DNA of 64,000 nucleotides, taken from assembly GCA_025558095.1 (NCBI GenBank), contig JAIVFI010000023.1, positions 124,001-188,000 on the forward strand. The letters run 5' to 3'. The notes below the pieces were generated by a model. That model saw nothing but the letters and a program-made list of their open reading frames with translations, made no database searches and had not been told where the DNA came from. Shown in pieces: positions 43,934 through 58,166 of the stretch (positions are counted from its first letter, which is position 1; every line of letters starts with the position of its first letter). Made by a program: the position numbers and the translations under genes. This stretch comes from Hyaloraphidium curvatum SAG 235-1 (taxonomy: Eukaryota; Fungi; Monoblepharomycota).

Positions 43934-46125
43934 ATGGGAATCTTCGATTCAAAGGAGGAGAAGCTCCTCAGCGCCTGCAAGCAGGGGAATGTGGCCAGAG
44001 TGCGGGAGCTCCTGGCGAACCCCGCGCTCAACGTGAACGCGCAGGGGACCGTTCAATACGACTGGAATCCTTTCGACTCGACTATGGTTGGAAGGGGAGC
44101 ATTGCCAGCGGACAAACGGCACTCACTGTCGCTTGCACTAGCGGCAGAGTGGACGTCGTCCGACTGCTGCTGGCGGACCCTAGGGTCGACGTGAACGCGC
44201 GAAGTTATGGTGGCGGGACGGCTTTGGTTCGCGCCTGCCCTTGCAGCAAGAAGGAAGTCGTTGAGCTGCTGCTGGCGGATTGTAGGGTCGACGTCAACGC
44301 GAAGGACGACGCCGGTCGGACGGTCTTCATAGCGGCTTGCCAGAGCGGCAATGCGGACGTCGTGCGGCTGCTGCTGGCGGACCTCAGGGTCGACGTCAAC
44401 GCGAAAGCTAACAATGGCGTGACGGGCTTCATCTATGCCTGCAGGAATGGTCACGTGGATGTGGTGAAGCTCCTGCTCGGTGACCCTCGTGTTGACCTGA
44501 ACGCCGCGGCGGAGATGGCGGAGCTGAACGACAAAACGACCAAGACGGAATCCAAGCTACACGGACCGACGGGGTTCGTGGTCGCGTGCTGGTTGGGAAA
44601 GGACGAGATCATCTCGTTGCTGCTCGCGAACCCGAGGGTGGAAGTCAACCTGGCTGATACGGACGGCACCACGGGGTTGATCCATGCCTGCGAACAGAAC
44701 GCGGCAGCGTGGTCCAGCTGCTCCTGGAGCGACCGGACCGCGTGGACGTAACGATTCGAAACAAGGCCGGGCTGTCTGCTGCGGATGTTGGAACCCCGGA
44801 CACGAAGCGGCTTGTGAGAGCTAAACTGGACGAGGCTGAAGCCGCGCGGAAGCAGCACGAGGCCCGGGTCGAGAAAGAGCGGACCGAGCACGACCGCCGC
44901 AAAGCGGAGGCAAGGGCCGCAGAGGCGGAGCAGGCACGAAAGGCTGAGCTCGAGCTGCGGATGAAGGAGCTGCAGCTCAAGGAGCGAGAGCTCGCGGTCA
45001 AGGAGAAACTGGGTGCTTCCAATCCACCCCGGGCGAGCCCGTCGCGGATCAGCTCGGACAAGACCGTCGTCCCCACCACCAAATCGCCCTCCGAAGGCTC
45101 CTCCTCTTCGAGCCGCGGGTCGACCAAAACCGCCGGCTTAGAATCCTCCTTCGTATCAAAACTTCGAATCGCGCCTGAGGACGTCAGGTACGAGGAGAAG
45201 GATGTCCTCGGCGAGGGCGGTTTCGGCAAGGTGTACCGCGGCGTGCTCCGCGGAGCGACCTCGGTGGCAGTAAAGACAATCAAGGGCACTGTGGGGCCGC
45301 GGACGATGAGGATGTTTTTGGACGAGATTGCGGTCTGGGAGGGACTGAACCAGCGCAACGGTGAGCGCCTTCACTGTGGCGCGGACGCAGAGCTGGAGCT
45401 GACCGGCTGCATTTCCTGTAGTCCTTCCTCTGCTTGCCTTCTGCGAGAACCCGCCGCTCATGGTCTCCGAGTTCTGCACCGACGGCAACCTCCGAGACCG
45501 CCTGGACGACCTCGACTGGGACCAGAACATGGGGCTCCGGTACCTCAAGGGCGTTGCCGAAGGCATGGCCTACCTGCACTCGTTCCGCGTGCTGCACGGG
45601 GACCTCAAGTACCTCAACATCATGATCGGTCAGTCTCCGCCAAGCTCGGCCCCCCGTTACGCTGATCAGTAGACACCGCAGACCACGACGTCGCCAAGAT
45701 CGCAGACTTTGGCCTCTCCCGTGTCCGCACGCACCTCTCCAACTCCTCGAGCATGAACGCTGGCGGCGGATCCGGAACGCCGCCCTTTATGGCCCCCGAA
45801 ATCTGGGACGGCGAGAAGCTCAAGGCGCCGGCAGACGTGTACGCCTTTGCGATGGTGTGCTTCGAGGTGACGAGCGAGGGGATGTATCCGTTCCAGGGGA
45901 TGAACGCGATGGCGGTGGGTTGTTCTGCGGTTGAGCGTGCGCGGCTGATCGAGCTCGCTACGGCGACGGCAGATCATGAGGAAGGTCTGCGACGAGCGAA
46001 AGAGGCCGGCCAGACCCGACCTCGCCAGCGATGCCATGTGGGCGCTGATGCAGCGGATGTGGGCGCAGGATTCGCCGGACAGGCCGGCGTTCGTCGAAGT
46101 GGCGGCCGCGATGGCTGGGTGGTGA
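43934..46125 (+). pseudogene. Ankyrin-repeat + coiled-coil + TKL protein kinase gene, apparently frameshifted in the ankyrin region; kinase part intact (3 introns)
   Basis: Ankyrin units VVRLLLAD.RVDVNA..G.T....AC; frame changes near 44050-44108 and near 44700 (EQN/GSVVQLLL); kinase LGEGGFGKVY, VAVK, HGDLKYLN, DFG, GTPPFMAPE, DVYAF, DRP.F; stop 46123-46125. Confidence 0.75.
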
Positions 46126-46857
46126 TTTGGTTCTTCGCAGTTCGTCATCTTTCACCGCGGATCGTATGGTAAGGAAGAGCGTGTATCAAGTTTTGGGGGG
46201 CATGGCATTGCTTTCGTGTATACCGTTCTTGGGCATCAAGGGAGCATGTATCGCACGAAAGAGGGGGGGGGGCAGTTTACATTGTCATTCTCATTGCTCT
46301 TTGATGGTTCGTTGCTGATGTTCAGATCTCTGCCAGAGGCTGAGCTGGCCAACGATCACTACGTTCGGGACGTCAAGGCGTGGGAAGCCGAAAGAAATTG
46401 TAGAGACTGTGAGCACAGCGCGGGCGGGCCCTGACCGCGAAAGCCCTCGCGCGAAGCCCGGGCATCGGCTTTCGGGGGAATCCCCCTGGCCCGTGCTGCC
46501 GGCGCGGCCTTGGCCCCCTTGTCGCGGCGGCGGACGGGATCTGCCTCTTTGTTTTGGTCGACTTTGGCGGTGGATGGCGCGGGGCCAAATGGGCAAAGAG
46601 GGGGAGGGGAGGGACGGCGGCGCTGCTGATCGGGGCCCGGGGAGATGAGATCCGCGGTGTAGACTGTCGGTTCGCGGGTGATCGAGGGCGCCGGGATTTC
46701 TCAGAGGGGTGTGGGACAGCTGGGAAGTGGGCAGTCGGTTGGGGGGGACCAGCCCGCCACCCAGCCCCGCGCCGCGCTGCGGCATCCCGGACGCCGCACG
46801 CCATCCCCCGCTGAGAGTGTGCCCCGCGGGCCCGCAGTCCCGGAGCGCGGCGATCCG

Positions 46858-49890
<3,033 letters not shown>

Positions 49891-50405
49891 AAGACGGGGG
49901 TCACTACTTGGAATCGATGCTTGCTTTGTCGTCTGCGGATCGGCACTGGGAGGGAACGGGGGCCCGTCCATTGGTCTCTTTATTGCATCCGCGTCGGGCA
50001 AATGTCCCCGTTCGTCTCGCACACTTCTGCTATCTGTGTTCTTGGTGTTGCGGCTCGGTATTCTGTCTGCGGCGAAGGGGACCCGCGGTCTCTCCGCTCC
50101 GCCGATCCGATCCCGCATCCGCCGTTTCCCCCGCACCTCCTCTTCCGGCCGCGTCGATCGGCGGGAATCCATCCCCACAAGCTTCTCCAGCAACCCGAAC
50201 CGCGACAATGGCCCGCCGTCGCCGCGGCAGGCGAGGCGGGCGGGGCAGATAAGCAACCGATCGCCGGGTGTCCTTGCGCTCGCAGCCATCCGGAATCGGG
50301 ATCGGCGGTCCGCTCCGGACTCGGACGGCCTAATCTCGCATTCAAATTCCCGGTCCCACATTTGGTTCGGTGCCCCCCGCCGCGACCTCGAACAGCAACG
50401 ACGCG

Positions 50406-51912
50406 ATGGTCCACGCGAACGGCACCGCGCACCCCCCCGGCCCCTCGGCCGGGCTCGGCAAGGAGCTCGCCGATCAGGGTGTGAAGTACCTCCTCGCGAG
50501 CTACGTCGACATGCACGGCGTGTCCAAGGGCAAGGTCGTGCCCATCTCGCACTTCGACCGGATGATGTCGGGCTCGGAGCTCTGCACGGGGGCCGCCGTC
50601 GACGGCGTGCCGCAGGACGTGTCGGACGAGGAGGTCGCGGCGCACCCGGACCCCGAATCGGCCATGATCTGCCCCTGGAAGCCCGAGGTCGCGTGGCTGG
50701 CGAGCAATCTTTTCTGCGAGGGCAAGGAATTCGAGCCCTGCAGCCGGAACATCCTCAGGAGGGTCATGAAGAAGGCCGCCGACATGGGATATGAGTTTAA
50801 ACTGGGCATGGAGGCGGAATTCTTCGTCCTGAAGGACGCACCGGGCCTGCCGGGGGGCATCGCGCCCATGTCCAACCGCGCCAACCTCGACAAGCCCGCG
50901 TGAGTTTTGTTGATCACTCCGGATGATGACCTTGCACTGAAGTTTCGTTGCCAGCTACGACGTCGTCCGCCTGATGGACAACCTGGATTGGCTCGACGAG
51001 CTGGTCCAAGCCATGAACAAGCTGGACTTCGACGTCTACAGCTTCGACCACGAGGACGGGATCGGCCAGTTCGAGATCGACTTCACGTGGGTGCTCTGGC
51101 TCTGCGGTGACTGGTGAAGGAGAGAGCTGATCGGTCGGTCCGCGTCTCGCTGCAGTTATGCCAACGCGGTGAAGATGTCGGACCGCTTCATCTTCTTCCG
51201 GATGATGGCGCACGAGATCGCCCGCAAGCACGGCGGCTTCGCTACCTTCATGCCCAAGCCGTTCGCCGACCGTGCCGGCTCGGGCGCGCACTTCAACATG
51301 TCGCTCGCCGACATCAACACCGGCAAGAACCTCTTCGAGAACCCGTCCGACCCGCGCGGCTGCGGACTCTCGGAGCTCGGGTACAAGTTCCTAGCTGGCA
51401 TCCTGCGCCACCTGCCCGCGATCTGCGCGGTGATCGCCCCCACCGTCAACAGCTACAAGCGCCTCGTCCTCCGCGGGTGCATGTCCGGCTTCACCTGGGC
51501 TCCCGTGCTGCAATGCTATGGGGGAAACAACCGCACCAACACCCTGCGCATCCCCCTGGGCGGTGGCCGCGTGGAGCTCCGTGCGGCTGATTCGGCCTGC
51601 AACCCGTACCTGGGTGCCGCCATGGTCTTGGCCGCCGGCCTCGAGGGAATCGAGCAGAACCTCGATCCCGGGCCGCCGCACATGGAGAACATGTTTTCGC
51701 ACTCCGAGGAGGAGCTCAAGAAGATGGGCATCGGGAAGCTGCCGGGCTCGCTTGGTGAAGCCCTCGACCGGTTTGCCGAAGACCCGCTCAGCAAGTCCGT
51801 CTTTGGCGAGGCAATGTACAAGTCCTGGCTCGAGTTCAAGACGAACGAATGGGTCAGCTACATGAACCACGTCTCGGACTGGGAGTACAAGCGGTACCTC
51901 AAATTCTTCTGA
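50406..51912 (+). CDS. glnT: GlnT-like ('type III') glutamate-ammonia ligase / gamma-glutamyl-amine ligase, 2 introns
   Basis: [114 protein letters not shown]; introns 50900-50954 and 51087-51155. Confidence 0.9.
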
Positions 51913-52057
51913 TCGGAAATACCACGACCTGGGCCCATGAAAGCGTTGCCGGGCATAGACGTAATTGGGAAGCCCGTATCGGATCGGACCCGGGCCGTTG
52001 CGAGCGTTGTCTGGCTGCGTGCATGGATGTATTGGGAAGCTATAGAGCGGAACACGG

Positions 52058-53701
52058 CTAGGAGCAATAAACGCCGCTCCCTCCCCAGCCCCTACTCCAG
52101 TAGACTGCTCCGATCACGCACGTGCACACGGCGAGGCTCGCGGCTGCGCTAATAGCCCCGTACGTGTAGGCCGTGCCAACGCCGCGCCCTCCCAAGCGCA
52201 TGAGCGTAACGACCTCGAAGCAAAAGGTCGAGATCGTCGTCAGGCAGCCACAGAACCCGTCCGCGGCAGCGCCAATCAGGGCGCACTGATATGTGTCTGA
52301 CTTTTGACCAGTGAAAGGGCCCAGGGGGACGGTTCGCGCAACTGTATACATCGCCGCCAAGATCGACGTTCCAACCACGTTGGCCGTGAACGTGCCCACG
52401 GGAAAAGTGGCGGGAAAGAGTGCCAGCGGGCCTTTGCGCGCGACAGGAATGTTGTACCGTGACAGTTTGTACCTGACTGTCGTTCCGATGGGCGCAAACA
52501 GCATGCCGAAGCCATACGTCCGACCGTGTTCCAGGCTTCCGGACGAATCCACGGCAAGGACAGCCACGATTGCGGCGATACTGCTGACGACCGTCAGGAG
52601 CAAAAGGTAGTCCGAAGGTGCCCATGTGGAGTAGTCCAGCCCCGTCCATCCCAGAGGAACAAAGCGGAACTCGACAGCAGGTTCGATGACGTCGACGGAA
52701 GCTATCACGCCGCCGGCGTCGGGCTTCTCCGGCTCTTTGTCTGCATCTCCAACCACAATCGGCGCCCTCGACCGACGGAAGTGCACGAAGCCGGCTTCGG
52801 CGCCCTGCCACAGGTGGCTCCCCACGACGATCCCCGCGACAAAGGTCGCTGCGCCGAACGCAAGATCGCCGATTCCCTTCACCAGCCTCTCCTGCACGGG
52901 CAATCCGGAGCCGTCCGACCCGGCAAAGGCATTGAACGTTGCCACCTGCCAGCTGCTCCACGTCGTCAAGCTGCCGCAGAGCCCCGTGCAGATTGCGAAC
53001 CACCACAACCATCCGTGTCCCGAAACCGGTGGCCCGAGCCGCCAGAAGTATTCCCGTCCGGCTTGGAAGAAGCCCATGATAATGCACCCCACGAAATTGG
53101 GATAGAAGGTCGCGGTGGTCGCGGCGGCGGTAAAGGGCGGGGATAGGGAAAGGGCGGCTCGGAGCAGGTATCCGATGATCGACGCAGGGATCAACACGGC
53201 ATGAATCGCCAGCGGAGGCTGCGGAATGTCCACAACCAGGGGGGCCGGCTCGGGAGGTTCCGGTTCCTTCTCCTCGCCACCCAGCTCCACGGAAGCCGGA
53301 GCCCGCTCATCTATGGAGACCGGCGACAAGCCTTGGAGAGGTTCCGCCGGCTCGAAAGCAGCGAATTCGGCAGCTTCCGCCCGAGACTCTTCGAGGCGAG
53401 CATCCTCGCGTGCCGGCGCTGAGTTCAGAACAATAGACAGTCTGCTCCCGTCCGTCCGAGTCCGAGACAGACGCTCAATGCTGCCAAGTTCCACCGAAGT
53501 GACTGATCGTCTGAGGTCGTGCCTCTCCGCAGATTGGGAGCGCGGTAGCGTCACCGCTTCCGTGCGGAAACCGCTCGGTTCGCTCAACGGATACACGTCC
53601 GCGAGCTCTTCCAGTGCCTCCAACGTTCGATCCGTCTCATGGTGGACGCGTCTTCCATGTGAAAGCGTCAGCGAGGCCCGGCGATTCAGAGGTTCTGCCA
53701 T
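52058..53701 (-). CDS. FEX1: Fluoride exporter FEX (two fused CrcB/Fluc domains)
   Basis: NFVGC.IMG...TGLCGSLTTWSSW and FP.GTF.AN..G...DGFCGCLTTISTF..E; first ATG at 53701. Confidence 0.9.
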   Translation of the reverse strand: MAEPLNRRASLTLSHGRRVHHETDRTLEALEELADVYPLSEPSGFRTEAVTLPRSQSAERHDLRRSVTSVELGSIERLSRTRTDGSRLSIVLNSAPAREDARLEESRAEAAEFAAFEPAEPLQGLSPVSIDERAPASVELGGEEKEPEPPEPAPLVVDIPQPPLAIHAVLIPASIIGYLLRAALSLSPPFTAAATTATFYPNFVGCIIMGFFQAGREYFWRLGPPVSGHGWLWWFAICTGLCGSLTTWSSWQVATFNAFAGSDGSGLPVQERLVKGIGDLAFGAATFVAGIVVGSHLWQGAEAGFVHFRRSRAPIVVGDADKEPEKPDAGGVIASVDVIEPAVEFRFVPLGWTGLDYSTWAPSDYLLLLTVVSSIAAIVAVLAVDSSGSLEHGRTYGFGMLFAPIGTTVRYKLSRYNIPVARKGPLALFPATFPVGTFTANVVGTSILAAMYTVARTVPLGPFTGQKSDTYQCALIGAAADGFCGCLTTISTFCFEVVTLMRLGGRGVGTAYTYGAISAAASLAVCTCVIGAVYWSRGWGGSGVYCS

Positions 53702-53843
53702 CTCTAATGGGGTGAGGAGGGAGATGTCAACGCCCCACAAGGTTCTGCCCCCCGACAAAGTACAATAGACTAGATGCTACGCAAGGAAGATCCCAATATA
53801 TACACAGAGCAAAACATGCGGCCCTCCGACCCTGGCAACCGCC

Positions 53844-55103
53844 TCATCGGAAGCACGGGATCCCATAGCACTCCTCGGCCGACACCAGGCGCATTCCGCG
53901 CTGCGCGATGATGTCGATTATCTGGTTGACGATCCACGGCGCAGTTTCCCGGACGTCGTGCGTGATGATGGTGTAACCCCAAGGCTGAGGCACGGAAAGA
54001 TCGTTCCGGACGCGGTCGATGTAGGCACCGTCCCCTCTCCAATCCATGGTGTCGACGTCTGCGTTTGATCGCGGATCAATGACGAGGAAGCATGCCCTGC
54101 CGAAGAAACACCCACTCCAGCCAACGGAAGCAAATCCCATCGACGCCAACATGTCGAGCAGACCCTGGTCGAAGTTGCCCTGCGGAAAACGGAAGAACCT
54201 CGGGTACCTTCCGGTGATGGCCTGAATCCTATCAGCGGTCGTGAGGATCTCGAAGCGACGGCGATCGTCGCTGATCAGCGTGAGGTCGGCGTGCGACATG
54301 GTATGATCCCCGATGCAGTGCCCTTCGTCGAATGCGCGGCGCAGAAGGTCACGGCTTTCGGGACGATCAAGCTGGCCTCCGACGACGAAGAATGTGGCGC
54401 GCACTCCGCGGTTCCGGAGAATGTCGAGGACCTGCGCGGTGTAGGGCGGCAAGGGGCCGTCGTCCAGAGTAAGGAGGGCATGTCGGGGATCCCTGCACAT
54501 GCGGAGGAGGTAGTTCGGCGTCCAAGCCGCTGCTGGTGGGGGAGGAGGGGGAGGTGGGGGTGAAGCTGCAGGAGGAGAGCCCCCGCCAAAGCAAACGGTG
54601 GCAACCGAGCAGGCAGCCCTGTAGCAGCAACCGCTGGCACACTGCGACGTCGTCGAAGCCGTGCAAGATGCCCCGATGGCTCCGCTGGTCGGTGCCGGCG
54701 GGCTCGGAGGCGGAGGAGGCGGAGGGGGGCCCGGGGAAGGCGGCGGTGCCGGAGCTGCTGCCGGAGTGGGGCTAGATATTGCGGTCGTCGCAGAAGGAGT
54801 GGTTGCAGCCGCTCCGAGCTTGACGGCCACGGTACTATCCCCCGGCCTCGAAACTCTGTCCCCGATGCCGCGAAGTGCGCATAGCACAGACATAAAGCAG
54901 GTCTGCAGAAAGCAGCATCCCGAAGCACACTCCGAGCCGCCCTGTTCACACCGGGAGCCGTTCGGCTTCCCCTGTCTCCGGGCGAGCGAAAGTTCTGGAG
55001 CGGCCGCGTCGGAAGAACCCGTGGAGAGGGGTGCGGCGGAGGTTCCGACCACGGCAAGCGCAAGAAGCAGAGCAAGCAGTCGCCAAAATGTCCGGGTTTC
55101 CAT
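53844..55103 (-). CDS. Secreted CE4 polysaccharide (chitin) deacetylase with two Cys-rich modules and Pro-rich linkers
   Basis: Signal peptide; motifs TLDDGP, ATFFVVG, HTMSHADL, FRFPQG, DTMDW, ITHD; probable in-frame introns. Confidence 0.9.
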   Translation of the reverse strand: METRTFWRLLALLLALAVVGTSAAPLSTGSSDAAAPELSLARRQGKPNGSRCEQGGSECASGCCFLQTCFMSVLCALRGIGDRVSRPGDSTVAVKLGAAATTPSATTAISSPTPAAAPAPPPSPGPPPPPPPPSPPAPTSGAIGASCTASTTSQCASGCCYRAACSVATVCFGGGSPPAASPPPPPPPPPAAAWTPNYLLRMCRDPRHALLTLDDGPLPPYTAQVLDILRNRGVRATFFVVGGQLDRPESRDLLRRAFDEGHCIGDHTMSHADLTLISDDRRRFEILTTADRIQAITGRYPRFFRFPQGNFDQGLLDMLASMGFASVGWSGCFFGRACFLVIDPRSNADVDTMDWRGDGAYIDRVRNDLSVPQPWGYTIITHDVRETAPWIVNQIIDIIAQRGMRLVSAEECYGIPCFR

Positions 55104-55519
55104 CGTGTATGCCCGCCGCGCCGCGATGCCGGCGTTGGCGTCGTGGGGGATTTGGCAAGGGACGGCCGGACCCGCGCCAGGGACTCCGTGAACATCATCG
55201 TCGAACCTTGAAAGGCTCAGATTCCATCATGAGTCGAAAGAAACAGCAGCCTAGTACTGCTTTCCGTTGTCGCGGTGCAAAAGCGGGACTGCCGTGCGAG
55301 ATCGAGCTTCAGAATGACAGTGATCGAGCAGGAGTCGTCCCGAACGAGGAGTTGCAAATAGAATGCGCCGAGCTTCCTCGTTGCTTGCTCTTGAATGCCT
55401 ATGCTTCCGTTGTGGATCTCACGTGCCGACAAAGGCGGTGGGGCAAGCGCGTGAGTCGCGTGATTGGGACGACCGTTCGCCGCGGCGGAGTGAGAGCGAA
55501 CTCCTACCCCTTGAGTCCC

Positions 55520-58000
55520 ATGATGGAGCGCGCGCAGCCGCAGTCGCCACTGTTCGCGGTGCCGCCCGAAGTGCACGGCATCGTCGTGTCATACGTCGGC
55601 CGCAGCGCGGCGCAGCCGTCGTGCTCGCCGGCGGAGCTCTTCCGCGCGTGCCGCGACCTGCACGCGCTGGGCAGGGACACGAGCGTCCGCATCGGATGGC
55701 TGCTCGCCGTGTTCGGCGCGCGCATGGTCGGCGACGGCATGGGCGGCTTCCTCGCGCTCCTCACGCGCGAGGTCGTCGAGGGCGTCTTCCGGCGCGTCGG
55801 GCAGGTCCCGCGCTACCAGCTGCAGCGGCTCTTCCGGCGCTTTTCCAACGCGGGGCGCACGGATCTCTTGCTGCCGGTGCTGCAGTACGCGGACGAGATG
55901 TACCCGCCGCCGTCGCACGAGCTCGTCGCGGGACCCAAGGCCTTCCCACCGATCGGACTCGGTTTCAACCCGTCGCTGCCCGACGAGGACCTGTTCAAGA
56001 AGCTGCTCAAGGAAGGCGTCACCGAAGAAACGGCCTACCTGGTCGCCGAGGGGAAAGCGGGGGGTTTTGCCGAGAAGGGCGACGACGACGTCATGACCGC
56101 TCTGCTCACCTTGCGCGAGAAGTACCTTTTCGACGTCAATCACACCATTCCCGGCCGGTCGCCGTCGTCGGGGCGCATCCTGTTCCGCGGTCAGGAGCGC
56201 CCGGCGTACTATTCCAGCTACTCCCTCGACAGAGGAACGGGCGGCTTCACCACGGACGTGGGAATTGAGGGGACGAACGGAGGCCACGTCGCCCTCGTCG
56301 AAGCGATCCACAACGCCCGCGAGGCAAGCGTCAGGAGGCTGCTCCAGCTCGGCGTGTCGGTCCACGCGGCGTCGGGCTCGCTCTTCTGGGAGGCCGTGGA
56401 GGAAGCGCGGGCCGCCATCGCGGCGGAGAACGCCGAAGTGGACACGGCTGCGCTGGAGCGCTCGGGCATCTACAACGCCGCGGGCAGGGCGGCGGAGCAC
56501 CTCGTTACCAAGATCCTCAACGTCCCCATGGACGTCTTTTCCGGTCGGAACGTTCACGACTACATGGGCCACACTGCGAACGCAGCGCAGCTCAAGGGGG
56601 TCGTGCCGACCAACAACGGGATCGTGTCCGCGCTCTGCCGCGCCTACGGAGCCACGATGCCCTACAACGACTACCAGTACTTCCGGGACACGGTCAAGGG
56701 AGACTGCACGGACGCGCTGCAGGTCGCGGTCTGCAAGAGCGGCGGCGGCGACGCCGTGCTCCGCATACTCCTCGAATCCAAGCAGGACGAGGGGTGGTTT
56801 CAGACGGACGCGGGCAAGCAGTCCCTGGAGACCTGCATCCAGCTGTGCCTCAAGGTGGACCGGCTGGACCTCATGGACCTGCTGCAGCAGTACTCGCGGC
56901 TCAACTCGAAGGATGCGATGGTGGGTGCCGTTTCACCGCTGCGTTTACAGGTCTCTTACGGTCGCGCCGCGCAGATCGTCGACCTGGTTTCCGCTCTTTG
57001 CGCGCAGGACAGGGAAGCGGCGCTCAAGCTCATCAACGAAGGCTGGACGCTCTCCGAGGCCGAAGCGGTGGGATTGGCGCCGCATCTCTCCGCTTGCGCT
57101 CACTGGCGTCCCCGCCAGGTCTCGCTTCTGAGGAGCAGGAACCTCGCCGAAGCCCACTCGATCATTCTCGAACACGTCAAGTTCCAACCCAGCCAGATCA
57201 CCTCGATCCTGACCAACCTCATCCGGGGCTCCTACAACGAGAGGCAGAGGATGATGGCCACCATCGCGAGGGTGCTCACGGCGTACAAGGACGTCTGGAG
57301 CGCCGACGGCGAACCCCGGCAGTGGATGATGAAGGCCTTCGAAGACAGCCAGTTCGAATGGGTCAGGCCCACGATGAGGCCGTTCCTCGGGCCGTCGTCT
57401 TCGTCGTTCTCCGCTGCGGTGCTCCGGTACGACCTGCGCGAGGCGGTGACCAAGGACGACGTCAAGGAGCTCAAGAAGCTGGCGAAGCTGGGAGCGAAGC
57501 TGCCAACCTACATGGTGGGTTTCTGCTTCACTCCGCCGCCTTCGTCTGTCGTCTCATTCTGCGCTTGCTTTCCAGGTCCTGCAGTACATCGGGCGCTACA
57601 CGACCGCGCGGACCGAGACCCTGCTCGCGCTGATCGACGCGTGTTCGTTCTCGGCCTCCGAGCTCTCCGAAATCCTCGCGGGAGCCATCACGCGCGACGA
57701 TCAGGTCGTGGAATCCCTTCTGGACGAGAAGCGCAAGATCCGCCCGCTCGTGACGTGGGTTTTCGTGCTGTCTGCCCTTTTGTCGATCTCACCGTTGAGC
57801 CGATCAGATACCAATGCCTGCGGGAATGCATGATGCGGAGCAAGAATAAATTCGTAGGGGTCTTCGAGCGCTTGATGCGAGCCGCCGCCCAGCAATCTGT
57901 GCCCATCGACAAGCACAACCTCGCCCGCCGGATGGCCATCAGTCGGGGGGGACGTTGGGAGGCGGCGTGGCTTGCTTACGAGGACGCGGACGAGGATTGA
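55520..58000 (+). CDS. Hypothetical protein with F-box-like N-terminus and possible ankyrin-like helices
   Basis: Long ORF with coding-like codon usage; L..VPPEV..IV..Y...L.RACR.L F-box-like start; ALVEAI..A...VRRLLQLG; several short introns; exon structure uncertain. Confidence 0.55.
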   Translation: MMERAQPQSPLFAVPPEVHGIVVSYVGRSAAQPSCSPAELFRACRDLHALGRDTSVRIGWLLAVFGARMVGDGMGGFLALLTREVVEGVFRRVGQVPRYQLQRLFRRFSNAGRTDLLLPVLQYADEMYPPPSHELVAGPKAFPPIGLGFNPSLPDEDLFKKLLKEGVTEETAYLVAEGKAGGFAEKGDDDVMTALLTLREKYLFDVNHTIPGRSPSSGRILFRGQERPAYYSSYSLDRGTGGFTTDVGIEGTNGGHVALVEAIHNAREASVRRLLQLGVSVHAASGSLFWEAVEEARAAIAAENAEVDTAALERSGIYNAAGRAAEHLVTKILNVPMDVFSGRNVHDYMGHTANAAQLKGVVPTNNGIVSALCRAYGATMPYNDYQYFRDTVKGDCTDALQVAVCKSGGGDAVLRILLESKQDEGWFQTDAGKQSLETCIQLCLKVDRLDLMDLLQQYSRLNSKDAMVGAVSPLRLQVSYGRAAQIVDLVSALCAQDREAALKLINEGWTLSEAEAVGLAPHLSACAHWRPRQVSLLRSRNLAEAHSIILEHVKFQPSQITSILTNLIRGSYNERQRMMATIARVLTAYKDVWSADGEPRQWMMKAFEDSQFEWVRPTMRPFLGPSSSSFSAAVLRYDLREAVTKDDVKELKKLAKLGAKLPTYMVGFCFTPPPSSVVSFCACFPGPAVHRALHDRADRDPARADRRVFVLGLRALRNPRGSHHARRSGRGIPSGREAQDPPARDVGFRAVCPFVDLTVEPIRYQCLRECMMRSKNKFVGVFERLMRAAAQQSVPIDKHNLARRMAISRGGRWEAAWLAYEDADED

Positions 58001-58166
58001 TTCCATCACTAGTCAGATCGCTTACCAACAGAGCTTACTTTGACCAGACATATTGCCTCGCAAGGGAGATCGGCGATCGTCGGGCGGCAAAATGAATGAA
58101 GTTGAGCACGTGGCGAAGCAGCAACCGTTGTTGTCGCCGGCATCTCCACACCGCTCTCCCCGCAAA

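Noticed and set aside
44150-44500. Regular ~100-nt repeats as a CRISPR array or satellite
   Set aside because: They are ankyrin-repeat coding units, with no repeat-spacer structure and no cas genes.
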